From the IMG/VR virus record IMGVR_UViG_3300031521_000001: DNA of 64,000 bases. One strand, given 5' to 3'. Under the pieces are notes generated by a model. That model made no database searches. It saw nothing but the letters and a program-made list of their open reading frames with translations, and had not been told where the DNA came from. Positions 35,113 to 44,632 of the stretch are shown here, in pieces (positions within the stretch are counted from its first letter, which is position 1; every line of letters begins with the position of its first letter). The DNA comes from a virus. The position numbers were made by a program, and so were the translations under genes.

Positions 35113-35742
35113 TTATACATCAAATCCATTTATATGAGTATTATTAATCAAGAAATCATCAATTTTTTTCATATTTTTAAGTGGATAAATTACAACATCA
35201 TATTCAACTCCAACCACGTTATTCTTTTTTCCTATTTTATATCTTTTATATTGTATTTCAAGTCCTGACATTTCTTTTTCTAAATCTTCTATTGAATAAT
35301 CAGTAGATAAAAAATGAACAACATATAATTTAGAATGATGAAAAGTATCAAATATTTTCTCAAACTTAAATAATACAATCATAACTATTAGCACAACTAA
35401 TAGAACGAATAGAGCTAATGAATAATGTTGATATCCTATGCACATACCTATTGCTGATGCCATCCAAATGATAGCGGCAGAAGTTATACCACGAACATTT
35501 CCTCCTTCTTTAAAAACAACCCCAGCACCAATGAAGCCAATTCCTGTTACAATATTTGAAGCTATTCTATCGCCACTAATCAAATTAACTGATAGTATAG
35601 TAAACAAGCATGAACTAACGCAAATCAATATCATTGTTTTGAAACCTGCAGGTTTACCATGAAATCCTCTTTCTATTCCTAATATAGATCCAGCAGCTAA
35701 TGATGCTAATATTTGTATTATATTTTCGTATTCTGGTAGCAT
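35113..35742 (-). CDS. mgtC: MgtC/SapB-family membrane protein
   Basis: ILGIERGFHGKPAGFKTMILI...GIGFIGAGVVF... matches the MgtC N-terminal signature (GxER..K.AGxRT); hydrophobic core plus a C-terminal soluble domain. Confidence 0.8.
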   Translation of the reverse strand: MLPEYENIIQILASLAAGSILGIERGFHGKPAGFKTMILICVSSCLFTILSVNLISGDRIASNIVTGIGFIGAGVVFKEGGNVRGITSAAIIWMASAIGMCIGYQHYSLALFVLLVVLIVMIVLFKFEKIFDTFHHSKLYVVHFLSTDYSIEDLEKEMSGLEIQYKRYKIGKKNNVVGVEYDVVIYPLKNMKKIDDFLINNTHINGFDV

Positions 35743-35745
35743 ATT

Positions 35746-35955
35746 TTATTTTTTTTCTAAAAAATTACAACATTTTTCTTTAGCATCTTTAATATTACCT
35801 TCTCTTGAACTAAAATATCCTACTGTTGGTATAGCAAAACCGACATATCTTTTACAAAGAGCAGAATGAAAACAAACCGCACCACAATAGTACATTTTGT
35901 TTTCTTTCTTTATATCCTTTTTTTTATTACCAAACAACATTTCAAATAAGTTCAT
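35746..35955 (-). CDS. small Cys-rich protein
   Basis: ORF. Confidence 0.5.
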   Translation of the reverse strand: MNLFEMLFGNKKKDIKKENKMYYCGAVCFHSALCKRYVGFAIPTVGYFSSREGNIKDAKEKCCNFLEKK

Positions 35956-36224
35956 ATTTTATTGAATTGAATAATACTTTTATGATTTAGGCGTACATAT
36001 TTTATTTTCTACTTCTTTTCTTGATTGAATTGCTTTATAAATAAAATCTGTATTTATAAAATCTGTATTGAACACATCAAATACTTTTTTATAATAGTCT
36101 GATAATAATAATTTATTGTTTTTTTCTTCAGTCTTTTGCATATCATTTTTAATTATGATGCAAAACTACTATTTTTTTTACTGTGTTCCAAAAAATAAAA
36201 TACTATTTATATTTTTTTCACAAC

Positions 36225-36749
36225 TTAATTATATTTATTAATGTTTTTTTCAGATATATAATCATAAACATGTCCAATATTTTTCAATTTATATAGCCAA
36301 TCATATCCATCAAAGTACATTTTTTCTATTATGACATTCTTTTTATCATAATTGAATTTAACTTCATTACTATATTTTGGATAAGTTTTTGGTTTTTCAG
36401 GTTTGATAATTTCGAAATGGGATTTGATTATTTCATCTGTGACATCATTTGTTTTATATAATTTTTTTATTTTACCTCCTAAAATTTCATAAGGAATTTT
36501 ACATTTCGCATAAAGCTCATTTATATCAAATTTTTCTCCTACAAAAACAGTTTTCCACAAACGTTTATTCCAACCAATGCTATTAGGAGCATCGCTATAA
36601 CAATTAAACTTTGAGTCAATCATTCCTTCAAAATCTTCTGCCCAAAGTTTACTTTTTAATGCATAATCATAAACTATCGCAACTTCTCTGAAATGTTCAG
36701 CAAATTTCTCAATAAAATATATCTTATAATCTACAACTTTGAATTCCAT
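36225..36749 (-). CDS. hypothetical protein
   Basis: 174-aa ORF. Confidence 0.7.
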   Translation of the reverse strand: MEFKVVDYKIYFIEKFAEHFREVAIVYDYALKSKLWAEDFEGMIDSKFNCYSDAPNSIGWNKRLWKTVFVGEKFDINELYAKCKIPYEILGGKIKKLYKTNDVTDEIIKSHFEIIKPEKPKTYPKYSNEVKFNYDKKNVIIEKMYFDGYDWLYKLKNIGHVYDYISEKNINKYN

Positions 36750-36835
36750 AATTTTACTTTTTTAAATATTGTCCACAAAAATACAACAATTATTTCAATT
36801 GAAGAATTTAATTAAGTTTTTTTAATATATAAAGT

Positions 36836-37159
36836 ATGAAATATATAAAGAAATTTGAAAATACTGAAGATAAACCAAAAGTTGGTGATTATGTATTGAT
36901 ATCAATTGATAATGATGAAGAAAATGATTTTTACTCTAATAATCCAGGACAAATTATTAAATTTTTTACTCTACAAAAATATAGGTTTACAGTTATGATA
37001 TCATATGGTAAAAACATTCCTGATAACATGAAAAATATATTATTACTTAATAAAAGATGTGGTTATTATAAAATTTTTGACTATGAAGATATCTTCATAT
37101 TTTCTAAAAATAAAGAAGATTTAAAACTAAAAATAGCATCAAATAAATTTAACTTATGA
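36836..37159 (+). CDS. family A small protein (MKYIKKFE...GDYVL...ASNKFNL)
   Basis: array V. Confidence 0.8.
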   Translation: MKYIKKFENTEDKPKVGDYVLISIDNDEENDFYSNNPGQIIKFFTLQKYRFTVMISYGKNIPDNMKNILLLNKRCGYYKIFDYEDIFIFSKNKEDLKLKIASNKFNL

Positions 37160-37473
37160 AATATATAAAATCATTTGAAAAAATAAATAATACAATTCAT
37201 TATAAAATTCCAGCATATCCGTTAGAAGTATATTTTATTGCAATAACTAAAATTGGTATGACACAAGATGAAATATCTCATTGGATTAATAATAAATACG
37301 CTCAATATTGGAATAACTCACATTTTAAATTTATATATTTAAATAACACATACAATGATTATACTAAAAAATATCAATGGAGTTGGACAAATAACATAAA
37401 TAAAGCAAATGAGACTGTAATAGAAATAACTGTTGAAGATTATGAAATTGATGCAAACAAATTTAACATATGA
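37156..37473 (+). CDS. family A frame with divergent core (MKYIKSFE...DANKFNI)
   Basis: array V. Confidence 0.75.
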   Translation: MKYIKSFEKINNTIHYKIPAYPLEVYFIAITKIGMTQDEISHWINNKYAQYWNNSHFKFIYLNNTYNDYTKKYQWSWTNNINKANETVIEITVEDYEIDANKFNI

Positions 37474-37793
37474 AATACATTAAGAAATTTGAAATGATTG
37501 AAGATAGCCCAAAAGTTGGAGATTATGTCTTAATGAATATTAGTTATGATAAAAATTCAGATTTTTATCTTAATTATCCAGGTAAAATAATTAAATTTTT
37601 TACAATAGGAAAATATCGTCAAGGTGTAAATATATCATATGGAGATAATATTCCTGATAATATGACAGAAATATTAGGGTATACAAAAAAACATGGATAT
37701 TATAAAAATTTTCAATATAAAGAGATATATGCATTTTCAAAAAATAAAGAAGATTTAAAAATTAAAATAAGCGCAAATAAATTCAATATATGA
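37470..37793 (+). CDS. family A small protein
   Basis: paralog of 36836 (about 60% identity). Confidence 0.8.
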   Translation: MKYIKKFEMIEDSPKVGDYVLMNISYDKNSDFYLNYPGKIIKFFTIGKYRQGVNISYGDNIPDNMTEILGYTKKHGYYKNFQYKEIYAFSKNKEDLKIKISANKFNI

Positions 37794-38158
37794 AATACTT
37801 GAAAAAATTTGAAGATAATATAAATGAGCCTGAAGTTGGAGATTATGTATCTATAATAGGTAAAAAATTTATTAATCATTTAAGAAGATACTATGATGAT
37901 AAAGATATTGTTAATTTGAAAAAATATCTTCTTAATTTTCCTGGAAAAATTCATAGTACCTTTAATGATAAAAGAATAGGTGTGACATATGGTTTTGATG
38001 TTCCAGAAGATGTAAAAAAATTTTTACAATATGATAAACCTTATGGAGGTTACAATAAAATATTTAATTATGAAGATATAAATGCATTTGGAAAAACAAT
38101 AGAAGAATTAAAATATAAAATAGAACTTAAAAATAACATTAACAAATTTAATATATGA
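37790..38158 (+). CDS. family A small protein
   Basis: array V. Confidence 0.8.
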   Translation: MKYLKKFEDNINEPEVGDYVSIIGKKFINHLRRYYDDKDIVNLKKYLLNFPGKIHSTFNDKRIGVTYGFDVPEDVKKFLQYDKPYGGYNKIFNYEDINAFGKTIEELKYKIELKNNINKFNI

Positions 38159-38466
38159 AATACATAAAATCATTCAAAAATAAAAATTTAGAATATGAGG
38201 TAGGAGATTGTGTTAAAATAAAAATAATTCCTGATTATGTAAGTCATATAGAAAGAATTGAAGATAATTTATTTGTAAAAATAATAGAAATGAATTTTTT
38301 GACGAATCATAATAATAGTGATATTGATAATATATTTATTGTGTTTGAAACATTAATCACTAAACAAAAAATATCTGGTAATATATATTTCATTTCTAAA
38401 AAAATGACTGAATCAGAAATAGATTATTGTAAGATTAAATCAGAAACAAATAAATTCAACTTATGA
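38155..38466 (+). CDS. family A small protein (GDCVKI variant)
   Basis: array V. Confidence 0.75.
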   Translation: MKYIKSFKNKNLEYEVGDCVKIKIIPDYVSHIERIEDNLFVKIIEMNFLTNHNNSDIDNIFIVFETLITKQKISGNIYFISKKMTESEIDYCKIKSETNKFNL

Positions 38467-38756
38467 AATACTTAAAAAAATTTGAAGATATTGAAAATAC
38501 TCCAGAAATTGGTGATTACATTATTCCAAATGTAGAAACATTGAATCATCTTATTGACAATAAAATTAATAATCATGTATATCAAATAATAGGAACAAAA
38601 GAAAGAAATATGGGTGGTTTTTTATATATCATTAAAGTAAAATTGAATGATAATCAATTAGATGACTGGTATTTATCCAATTATGAAATAATGCATTTAT
38701 CAAAAAACAAAGAAGATTTAGAAGTATTATTACAATCAAATAAATTTAACATATGA
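38463..38756 (+). CDS. family A small protein
   Basis: array V. Confidence 0.8.
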   Translation: MKYLKKFEDIENTPEIGDYIIPNVETLNHLIDNKINNHVYQIIGTKERNMGGFLYIIKVKLNDNQLDDWYLSNYEIMHLSKNKEDLEVLLQSNKFNI

Positions 38757-39034
38757 AATATATAAAAACATTTGAAAGAATTAATTATTATATACCAGAA
38801 AAAGGTGATTATGTTATTTGTGGTGGTAATAATACATGGGATAGTAAATTCGCAAAATTTATATCAAACAACATTGGAGTATTAATAAATCATTTACCTA
38901 ATCAATATAGAATAGATTATGATTATATTGATCCATATTCAATATATTTAACAAATAGAAAAGATATATTATATTGGTCAAGTGATAAGAAAGAATTAGA
39001 AGAAATTCTACAAGCAAACAAATTTAATTTATGA
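38753..39034 (+). CDS. family A small protein
   Basis: array V. Confidence 0.8.
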   Translation: MKYIKTFERINYYIPEKGDYVICGGNNTWDSKFAKFISNNIGVLINHLPNQYRIDYDYIDPYSIYLTNRKDILYWSSDKKELEEILQANKFNL

Positions 39035-39342
39035 AACACATTAAAACATTTGAAAATAATTATGAATATGCAGAAGTTGGAGATTATGTTATTATTAATG
39101 TGAATAATCTAAAATTCAGCAATGATAATATAGGTAATATTTACAAGAAAATGTTAACTGATAATGTATATAAAATAATTGACAGTAAAATAGTATCAGG
39201 AAACAGACAAATATATCTAATTGATTTATATGACGATGAACATATTAACGGATATTATATTGATAGTAAGAATGTATTAGCATTTGATAAAGATAAAGAA
39301 TTTGTTAAATGTAAAAATGATATAAACAAATATAATTTATAA
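39031..39342 (+). CDS. family A small protein (C-term INKYNL)
   Basis: array V. Confidence 0.8.
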   Translation: MKHIKTFENNYEYAEVGDYVIINVNNLKFSNDNIGNIYKKMLTDNVYKIIDSKIVSGNRQIYLIDLYDDEHINGYYIDSKNVLAFDKDKEFVKCKNDINKYNL

Positions 39343-39672
39343 AATATTTAATTTTTCTAACTTCCTCTTTCTTTGAATTGATTTATAATCAAAATGCTCA
39401 ATTATTTCTTCTTCAGTTAATAAGGCTAAATTACAATTACGATTAGAATAAATATATATTTCTGATTCTACTGTATAACATTTATATTCAAGGCAATAAT
39501 GTGCATATTTATATTTATTACCTTTTATAAATGTGTGATTTTGAAAACCTAAATCATATTTTGTCCAATCATCTAATGATATTAGAATATCTCCTACACT
39601 TAAATCAAGCTTATTCATATCTATTAATTTTATATCAAACAAAGATACAAAATATTTTTGGTTAAATAACAT
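39337..39672 (-). CDS. hypothetical protein with RK-KL tail (QRKRKLEKLNIL)
   Basis: ORF convergent with array V. Confidence 0.65.
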   Translation of the reverse strand: MLFNQKYFVSLFDIKLIDMNKLDLSVGDILISLDDWTKYDLGFQNHTFIKGNKYKYAHYCLEYKCYTVESEIYIYSNRNCNLALLTEEEIIEHFDYKSIQRKRKLEKLNIL

Positions 39673-39718
39673 TTTAATAATAAACTTTCATATAATTTTT
39701 GATACAATAAAATAAACT

Positions 39719-40612
39719 ATGAAAGAATTAGAATTAAAAAAATTAGTACATTCAACTATAGACAACACTATCAAGTATATTTTTTATACTGAAGATAAAT
39801 TGATAGTTGAATTTTCTTATATCAATAAGAATGATGGTAAAAATATTATTTGCTGTCCAGTTTCAACATTTTGTAATATAGGCTGCAAATTTTGTCACAC
39901 AGCAGAATATATTGGTAAAATTAAAAATAGAAACCTAACATCATTAGAGATTTCAAATGGAGTTGATTATATTTATAATGATTTGAAACTATCTGAAAAC
40001 CCAAAAACTTTATTGATAAGCTCCATGGGTATTGGTGAAATTGTAACCAATGTTGATGAAGTTGTAGAATCAATGATAAATATTCAAAATACTTATCTTA
40101 AAGATATATATGTTAGATTTGCATTTGCAACATCTTTACCTGAATCTCACAAAATCGAGTTTTTCAAATTGACAAATAAAATTGCAGAGAATAATTTACC
40201 TGTTAAGTTGCATCTATCATTACATTATACAACAGATGAATTAAGAAGTCAATGGATGCCAATGTCAATGAAAATTGAACCAACTATTGCAGCAGTTGAT
40301 TACTATAAAGCAACTACAGGAAATGATGTTGAAATACATTATGCACTAATAGAGAATGTTAATGATAAATCAGAAGATGCTATGAGATTAAGCAATCTTA
40401 TTAAAGGTAAAGGTTATAATGTTAAATTTTTATTCTATAACAAGAAAGATAATATAGACGCTGAACCATCTAACATTTCTAAAATTAGAAACTTTGTTGA
40501 TATATTTAGTCTTGTAGGAATAAAACATGAATACTATGTACCTCCTGGACTCACAATTGGAGCATCTTGTGGTCAACTATCTATAAATGAGTATATTAAA
40601 ATAAAAAAATAA
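39719..40612 (+). CDS. radical SAM enzyme of the RlmN/Cfr family (RNA adenine C2/C8 methyltransferase), N-terminally truncated relative to bacterial RlmN
   Basis: CNIGCKFCHTAE (Cx3Cx2C, compare RlmN CALECKFCSTAQ) and C-terminal GASCGQL (compare the RlmN Cys355 motif AACGQL). Confidence 0.75.
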   Translation: MKELELKKLVHSTIDNTIKYIFYTEDKLIVEFSYINKNDGKNIICCPVSTFCNIGCKFCHTAEYIGKIKNRNLTSLEISNGVDYIYNDLKLSENPKTLLISSMGIGEIVTNVDEVVESMINIQNTYLKDIYVRFAFATSLPESHKIEFFKLTNKIAENNLPVKLHLSLHYTTDELRSQWMPMSMKIEPTIAAVDYYKATTGNDVEIHYALIENVNDKSEDAMRLSNLIKGKGYNVKFLFYNKKDNIDAEPSNISKIRNFVDIFSLVGIKHEYYVPPGLTIGASCGQLSINEYIKIKK

Positions 40613-40630
40613 TAATTAAATAATAATTAA

Positions 40631-42091
40631 ATGAATAATAGAAACTTCATATTACATATAAAAGAAGATAAATACAAAAAATTATTAATTGATTATATTT
40701 TTAAATATCGTCAATTCGAAAACTTATATCTTATAATATTAAAAGAGAATAAGGATGATTTTAATTTTTTATCTAATTATAAAGTAATGAGAGCTATTCT
40801 TGCGGAAACTACTGGAGGTAAAGATAAAAATGAAGTTGATTTTATTAGATATAAATATAAAGAAAATGATAAAATGAATGAATTAATTATTTTATCAAAA
40901 AGTCTTAAAATACATAATATTTCAGATTTGATTAAAAGAGTAAAATCAAATTATAAATCTTTTTTCACTAAAATAAGAAATAAAGTTAAAGCCAACGTTC
41001 CATGTACAAAAAAGTTATCACTATTGACTAAATATTCCATTCTAGTTGATAAAATTGCATTTTCAATAAAGAAAAAGGATAAAATTGGAATCAACTTGAG
41101 TAATAAAATGTTTTATATTGATTTTAAGCATAAAATATTACCAGATAATATACAAAGTCTTAAAGTCGTTTACTCAAATAAAGAAGTTTATTTACATTTT
41201 AATTACTTGACTGAAGATATATTAAACACAAATAATTCATTAATAAAAGAAGCAGGAATAGATGTAGGTATTAATAATTTATTAGCTATATTTATTGATG
41301 ATAAAACATCTAAATCAATAATTGTTGACGGAAATATTTTTAAAACTTATAATTCAAAATTCAACAGGTTCTTGTCTAAACTTAATGAATCAATTTCTAA
41401 AGAAGTCATAGAATTTAAACTCAGTAATACTGGTACTAAATATGCAGTTAAGTGGACTAAAAGAGGAATAGAATTACGTAAATATAAGACATTTATTTAT
41501 GAAAAAAGAAATCGTTATTTTTATGATCAATTTCATAAAGTTAGTAAACGTGTGGTTGAATTATTGAAATTAAATTCTGTAAACAATCTAACAATTTCAT
41601 ACAATCTAGCTAGATTAAAATATAATGGTGATTGTAAATTAAATAAAAAAGTAAAACAAAATTTCATACAAATTCCTTTCATAAAACTACTAAATTACAT
41701 TCAATATAAAAGTAATGAAGTTGGAATTCAAGTAGATATAATTGATGAATCTTACACATCAAAGTGCTCATGTATTAGTGATAATGTGAATGATCCGTTA
41801 GATAAAGAACTAAATGGTGTTCGTTCTAAAAGAGATTTATTTACTGATAAACTAATAAATAAAACAATGAATGCTGATTTGAACGGTGCTGTCAATCATA
41901 TAAAAAAATCAAACAAAAATAATAATTTTTCTTGGTTGGAAAATTATATGTTTAAACTGTGTAATCCAGTTAAAATTAAATGCGACTACGATTTCTTTAA
42001 ATATTTAAAGAATAGTGTGCTCTGGCAAGGAATTTCATCAAAAGAAGTTCAAACGTCACTTCATGTACAAAATTGTACAAGTTTAAGTTGA
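40631..42091 (+). mobile_element. tnpB: IS200/IS605-family (IS1341-like) TnpB RNA-guided nuclease homolog; no tnpA
   Basis: RuvC-I GIDVGINNL, RuvC-II RVVELL, hallmark ESYTSKCSC, RuvC-III NADLNGAVNHI; second CxxC of the zinc finger is missing. Confidence 0.85.
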
Positions 42092-42216
42092 CGAATTTGA
42101 TTACTGCTGTATATGTTAAGTAATTTTAATAAAATTAAAGATGATGAATTTCATGAATTAAGAAGACAATATATTGAAAAGTTCAAAATTATTAGAAGAT
42201 TATATAAATAATAAAT

Positions 42217-42432
42217 GTGATGGAAAAATTTAAAATTGGAGATAATGTAATTAAAAATAAAGAAATCTGGATAAGTAATGATTTTGATGGTTGGGGTAGA
42301 GGAATTGGAATTGGTATTGTTATGGAACCTCCATTTGAGATGAATGACAATGAAGTTGATATTAGATGGAACGGTGGTAGATGTTTTGAATTTACAGAAG
42401 AATTAATAAATATTAGTATAGAAAATGAATGA
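42217..42432 (+). CDS. hypothetical small protein
   Basis: ORF downstream of tnpB; preferred over the antisense ORF 42192..42440. Confidence 0.5.
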   Translation: MMEKFKIGDNVIKNKEIWISNDFDGWGRGIGIGIVMEPPFEMNDNEVDIRWNGGRCFEFTEELINISIENE

Positions 42433-42459
42433 GTAATCACGCATTAAGTATAAAAAAAC

Positions 42460-42491
42460 AAAAGATTGAATGAGTAATCATTCAATCTTTT
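42460..42491. terminator. hairpin aagattgaatga-gtaa-tcattcaatctt
   Basis: 12-bp stem with A/T flanks; direct repeat gaatgagtaatca at 42427 and 42468. Confidence 0.65.
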
Positions 42492-42748
42492 TTTATAAAT
42501 TATTACAGGTATTTATTTATAAAATGGCATACTTCAGTTCTTTTTTGGATCCCTCTGTAACTTAGACCTATTAATTTTTTTAGTCCTGCGACGAACTTGC
42601 TATCGTTTTTCAATGGCATCGTAGTTCCACTTCGTCTTACAAATATAATATCATAAAATCACCAAGACAGTATGGTATCGCTTGTTGTAATTTCAACAAA
42701 ATGAATAACATAACTTTACAATAATAATACTTTAATAATTTATATTTA
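42492..42748. ncRNA. GC-richer ORF-free 250-bp segment with internal inverted repeats; candidate small RNA, or the right-end/guide-RNA scaffold of the TnpB element
   Basis: composition shift relative to the flanks; inverted repeat gacgaa...ttcgtc. Confidence 0.3.
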
Positions 42749-43129
42749 TTAATTAAAGCTAAAGTTAAAAAATAAAAAATTTAAAATATCATCACATTTC
42801 CTTATAGAATTAATGAACTCTAATCTATTTTGATATAATGCTTCTAAACCAATTGAAATACCATCAAACTCTTCTAATTTATACTTAGTCCTTGGTACAT
42901 TAAAATAATCATAACCACCAAAAATTTTATGAGTTATCATAGATATATTAGCAAGACAAAAGTGTGTTCTCAAATCAGGTTGTAAGTAAGTATTGTTAAT
43001 CTCACTCACTTCCTTTAATGCATATTCTATAAGCTTCCTTTCAACAATATTACGAACAATACCATTAAACTCTATTTGGTGAGTATCAATTGTTAATTCT
43101 TCTTCTGGTGGATAAACTGCTACTGACAT
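42749..43129 (-). CDS. hypothetical protein
   Basis: ORF. Confidence 0.65.
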   Translation of the reverse strand: MSVAVYPPEEELTIDTHQIEFNGIVRNIVERKLIEYALKEVSEINNTYLQPDLRTHFCLANISMITHKIFGGYDYFNVPRTKYKLEEFDGISIGLEALYQNRLEFINSIRKCDDILNFLFFNFSFN

Positions 43130-43169
43130 AATTATAGTGTTTTTTAATTGTTTGACTTAATTGAATACA

Positions 43170-43204
43170 AAGATACCACATATAATTAATATATGTGGTA
43201 TCTT
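43170..43204. terminator. hairpin aagataccacatata-attaa-tatatgtggtatctt
   Basis: 15-bp perfect stem between tandem minus-strand genes. Confidence 0.65.
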
Positions 43205-43222
43205 AAAAGTTAAATAATATTA

Positions 43223-43624
43223 TTAATAACTAATATGTATTAAAACGCTATTTCTTACTATGGCTTTTTTAAGAATATCTATAAATTCTGCATGTTCTTC
43301 ATCAGTCCAATGCTTATTTTCTTTCATTAAACTTTTTATGTTTATAATATCGCTCTCTTTCATATTTACAATACAATCATTGAGTTCATTATTTTTATAG
43401 AAAGATTCTTTATCATCTTTTATAATTCCATACTCTCCAATCAAATAAGATAGAAGAACCCAATTATTTCTAAGATAGTAAATCTCTGTTACTAATTTCT
43501 CAAAGTCTTCAAATATGATTGAATCTTTTTTTTGTTCATCACTATATTCTACATCTTCATATATAACTGGAGTAACTTCCTTATATGAATCCTTTGTTTT
43601 ATAAAATGTTATATCAAGTCCCAT
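43223..43624 (-). CDS. hypothetical protein
   Basis: ORF. Confidence 0.65.
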   Translation of the reverse strand: MGLDITFYKTKDSYKEVTPVIYEDVEYSDEQKKDSIIFEDFEKLVTEIYYLRNNWVLLSYLIGEYGIIKDDKESFYKNNELNDCIVNMKESDIINIKSLMKENKHWTDEEHAEFIDILKKAIVRNSVLIHISY

Positions 43625-43626
43625 AA

Positions 43627-43920
43627 TTATGTTGTTTTTTCTTTGTGTCTAATCATCAATCCAGTACCACTTGGAGAATTTAAGCAATAATATATTTCCA
43701 GATTATGAGTAACTAAATATCTAATTAATCCATTATATTCTTCTGCTGATACTTCTTTTGATTTTTGTGCTCTCAATTCTGTACCATCAATAAATCCTTT
43801 TGAATACCCTAACTTTCTACCATTCTCAAATGATTCAGTATCATTTTTGTATTTTAAAAGAGTAATTTTAATTCTCATCTCGCATATCATATTAAAGATA
43901 TAATCAAAAAATTTTTTCAT
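43627..43920 (-). CDS. hypothetical protein
   Basis: ORF. Confidence 0.65.
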   Translation of the reverse strand: MKKFFDYIFNMICEMRIKITLLKYKNDTESFENGRKLGYSKGFIDGTELRAQKSKEVSAEEYNGLIRYLVTHNLEIYYCLNSPSGTGLMIRHKEKTT

Positions 43921-44128
43921 TTGATATTTTATTTAATTTACGTTTTCTATATTCTGATAATGTTATAAATTCATGATATTCAGTTATAAAAACAACATCT
44001 TTAAATTCAAGAAATTCAAAAGCAGTTTCATTATTACCAATACAAATAATATGTAATGGTTTAAAAAGTGGAAAATCATTATTCATAACTTTATTATTAG
44101 TACAAATTACTATATCACCTATTTTCAT
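43904..44128 (-). CDS. small protein with RK-KL tail (EYRKRKLNKI); ATG start at 44128 (the track start at 44143 is a TTG)
   Basis: internal ATG MKIGDIV...; 4-nt ATGA overlap with the upstream small ORF. Confidence 0.6.
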   Translation of the reverse strand: MKIGDIVICTNNKVMNNDFPLFKPLHIICIGNNETAFEFLEFKDVVFITEYHEFITLSEYRKRKLNKISNEKIF

Positions 44129-44304
44129 AATCCTATTGTCCAATCAATTGGTCCTTCTTCAATATAAACACTTTCATACTTTGTTTGAAGTTCATCAAAA
44201 ATGCTACTAATTAGTTCATATTCAGAAACTGTTAAATATCTCTCAATTCTCATATTATCTGTTCCAGATATTTCAAGATTATATAATTTTTTTTCGGTTT
44301 CCAT
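44125..44304 (-). CDS. 59-aa small protein (METEKKLYNLEISGTDNMRIERYLTVSEYELISSIFDELQTKYESVYIEEGPIDWTIGL), below the track cutoff
   Basis: translated by hand; TAATG overlap with the upstream gene and ATGA overlap with the downstream gene. Confidence 0.45.
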   Translation of the reverse strand: METEKKLYNLEISGTDNMRIERYLTVSEYELISSIFDELQTKYESVYIEEGPIDWTIGL

Positions 44305-44624
44305 TATATTTTTGGTTTTAAATTTTTAACTTTTTTTCTTCTTAAATATTTTTCAATAACATCAACACCAATTGTATCTAAAAATTTATCATCAATTAAA
44401 GCCTTAGGATTCATATAGTATTCCCATCCGTCAGCCCACTCATGTAAATTAAAGTCATGATGAAGATCCATAAAAATTTTACTTTTAGTAAATATAACAT
44501 AGATTCTATTATTAAGTATTCCTAAAAATATCATTTCTTCTCCTAAATAAGAACCATCATCTCCATGTGATCTTTCTGTTCTAACTATGCTATCTCCTTT
44601 TTTGAATTTTAAAATTGAACTCAT
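44304..44624 (-). CDS. hypothetical protein with basic tail (YLRRKKVKNLKPKI)
   Basis: ORF. Confidence 0.65.
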   Translation of the reverse strand: MSSILKFKKGDSIVRTERSHGDDGSYLGEEMIFLGILNNRIYVIFTKSKIFMDLHHDFNLHEWADGWEYYMNPKALIDDKFLDTIGVDVIEKYLRRKKVKNLKPKI

Positions 44625-44632
44625 TTATTTGT

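Noticed and set aside
35438-35662. Plus ORF 35438..35662
   Set aside because: Antisense to the MgtC gene, whose signature motif fixes the minus frame.
40631-42091. Calling the TnpB homolog a eukaryotic/giant-virus Fanzor
   Set aside because: The domain order and ESYTSKCSC/RuvC motifs fit prokaryotic IS605-family TnpB equally well. The surrounding context (intrinsic-terminator-like hairpins, OMP barrel, Pnkp, Lar-like, T4 CTS-like tags) favours a phage. Without phylogeny the Fanzor label is unsupported.
42192-42440. Minus ORF 42192..42440
   Set aside because: Overlaps plus ORF 42217..42432. The minus translation is Ser/Ile/Phe-rich low complexity, while the plus ORF has a balanced composition and sits co-directionally after tnpB, before the terminator hairpin.
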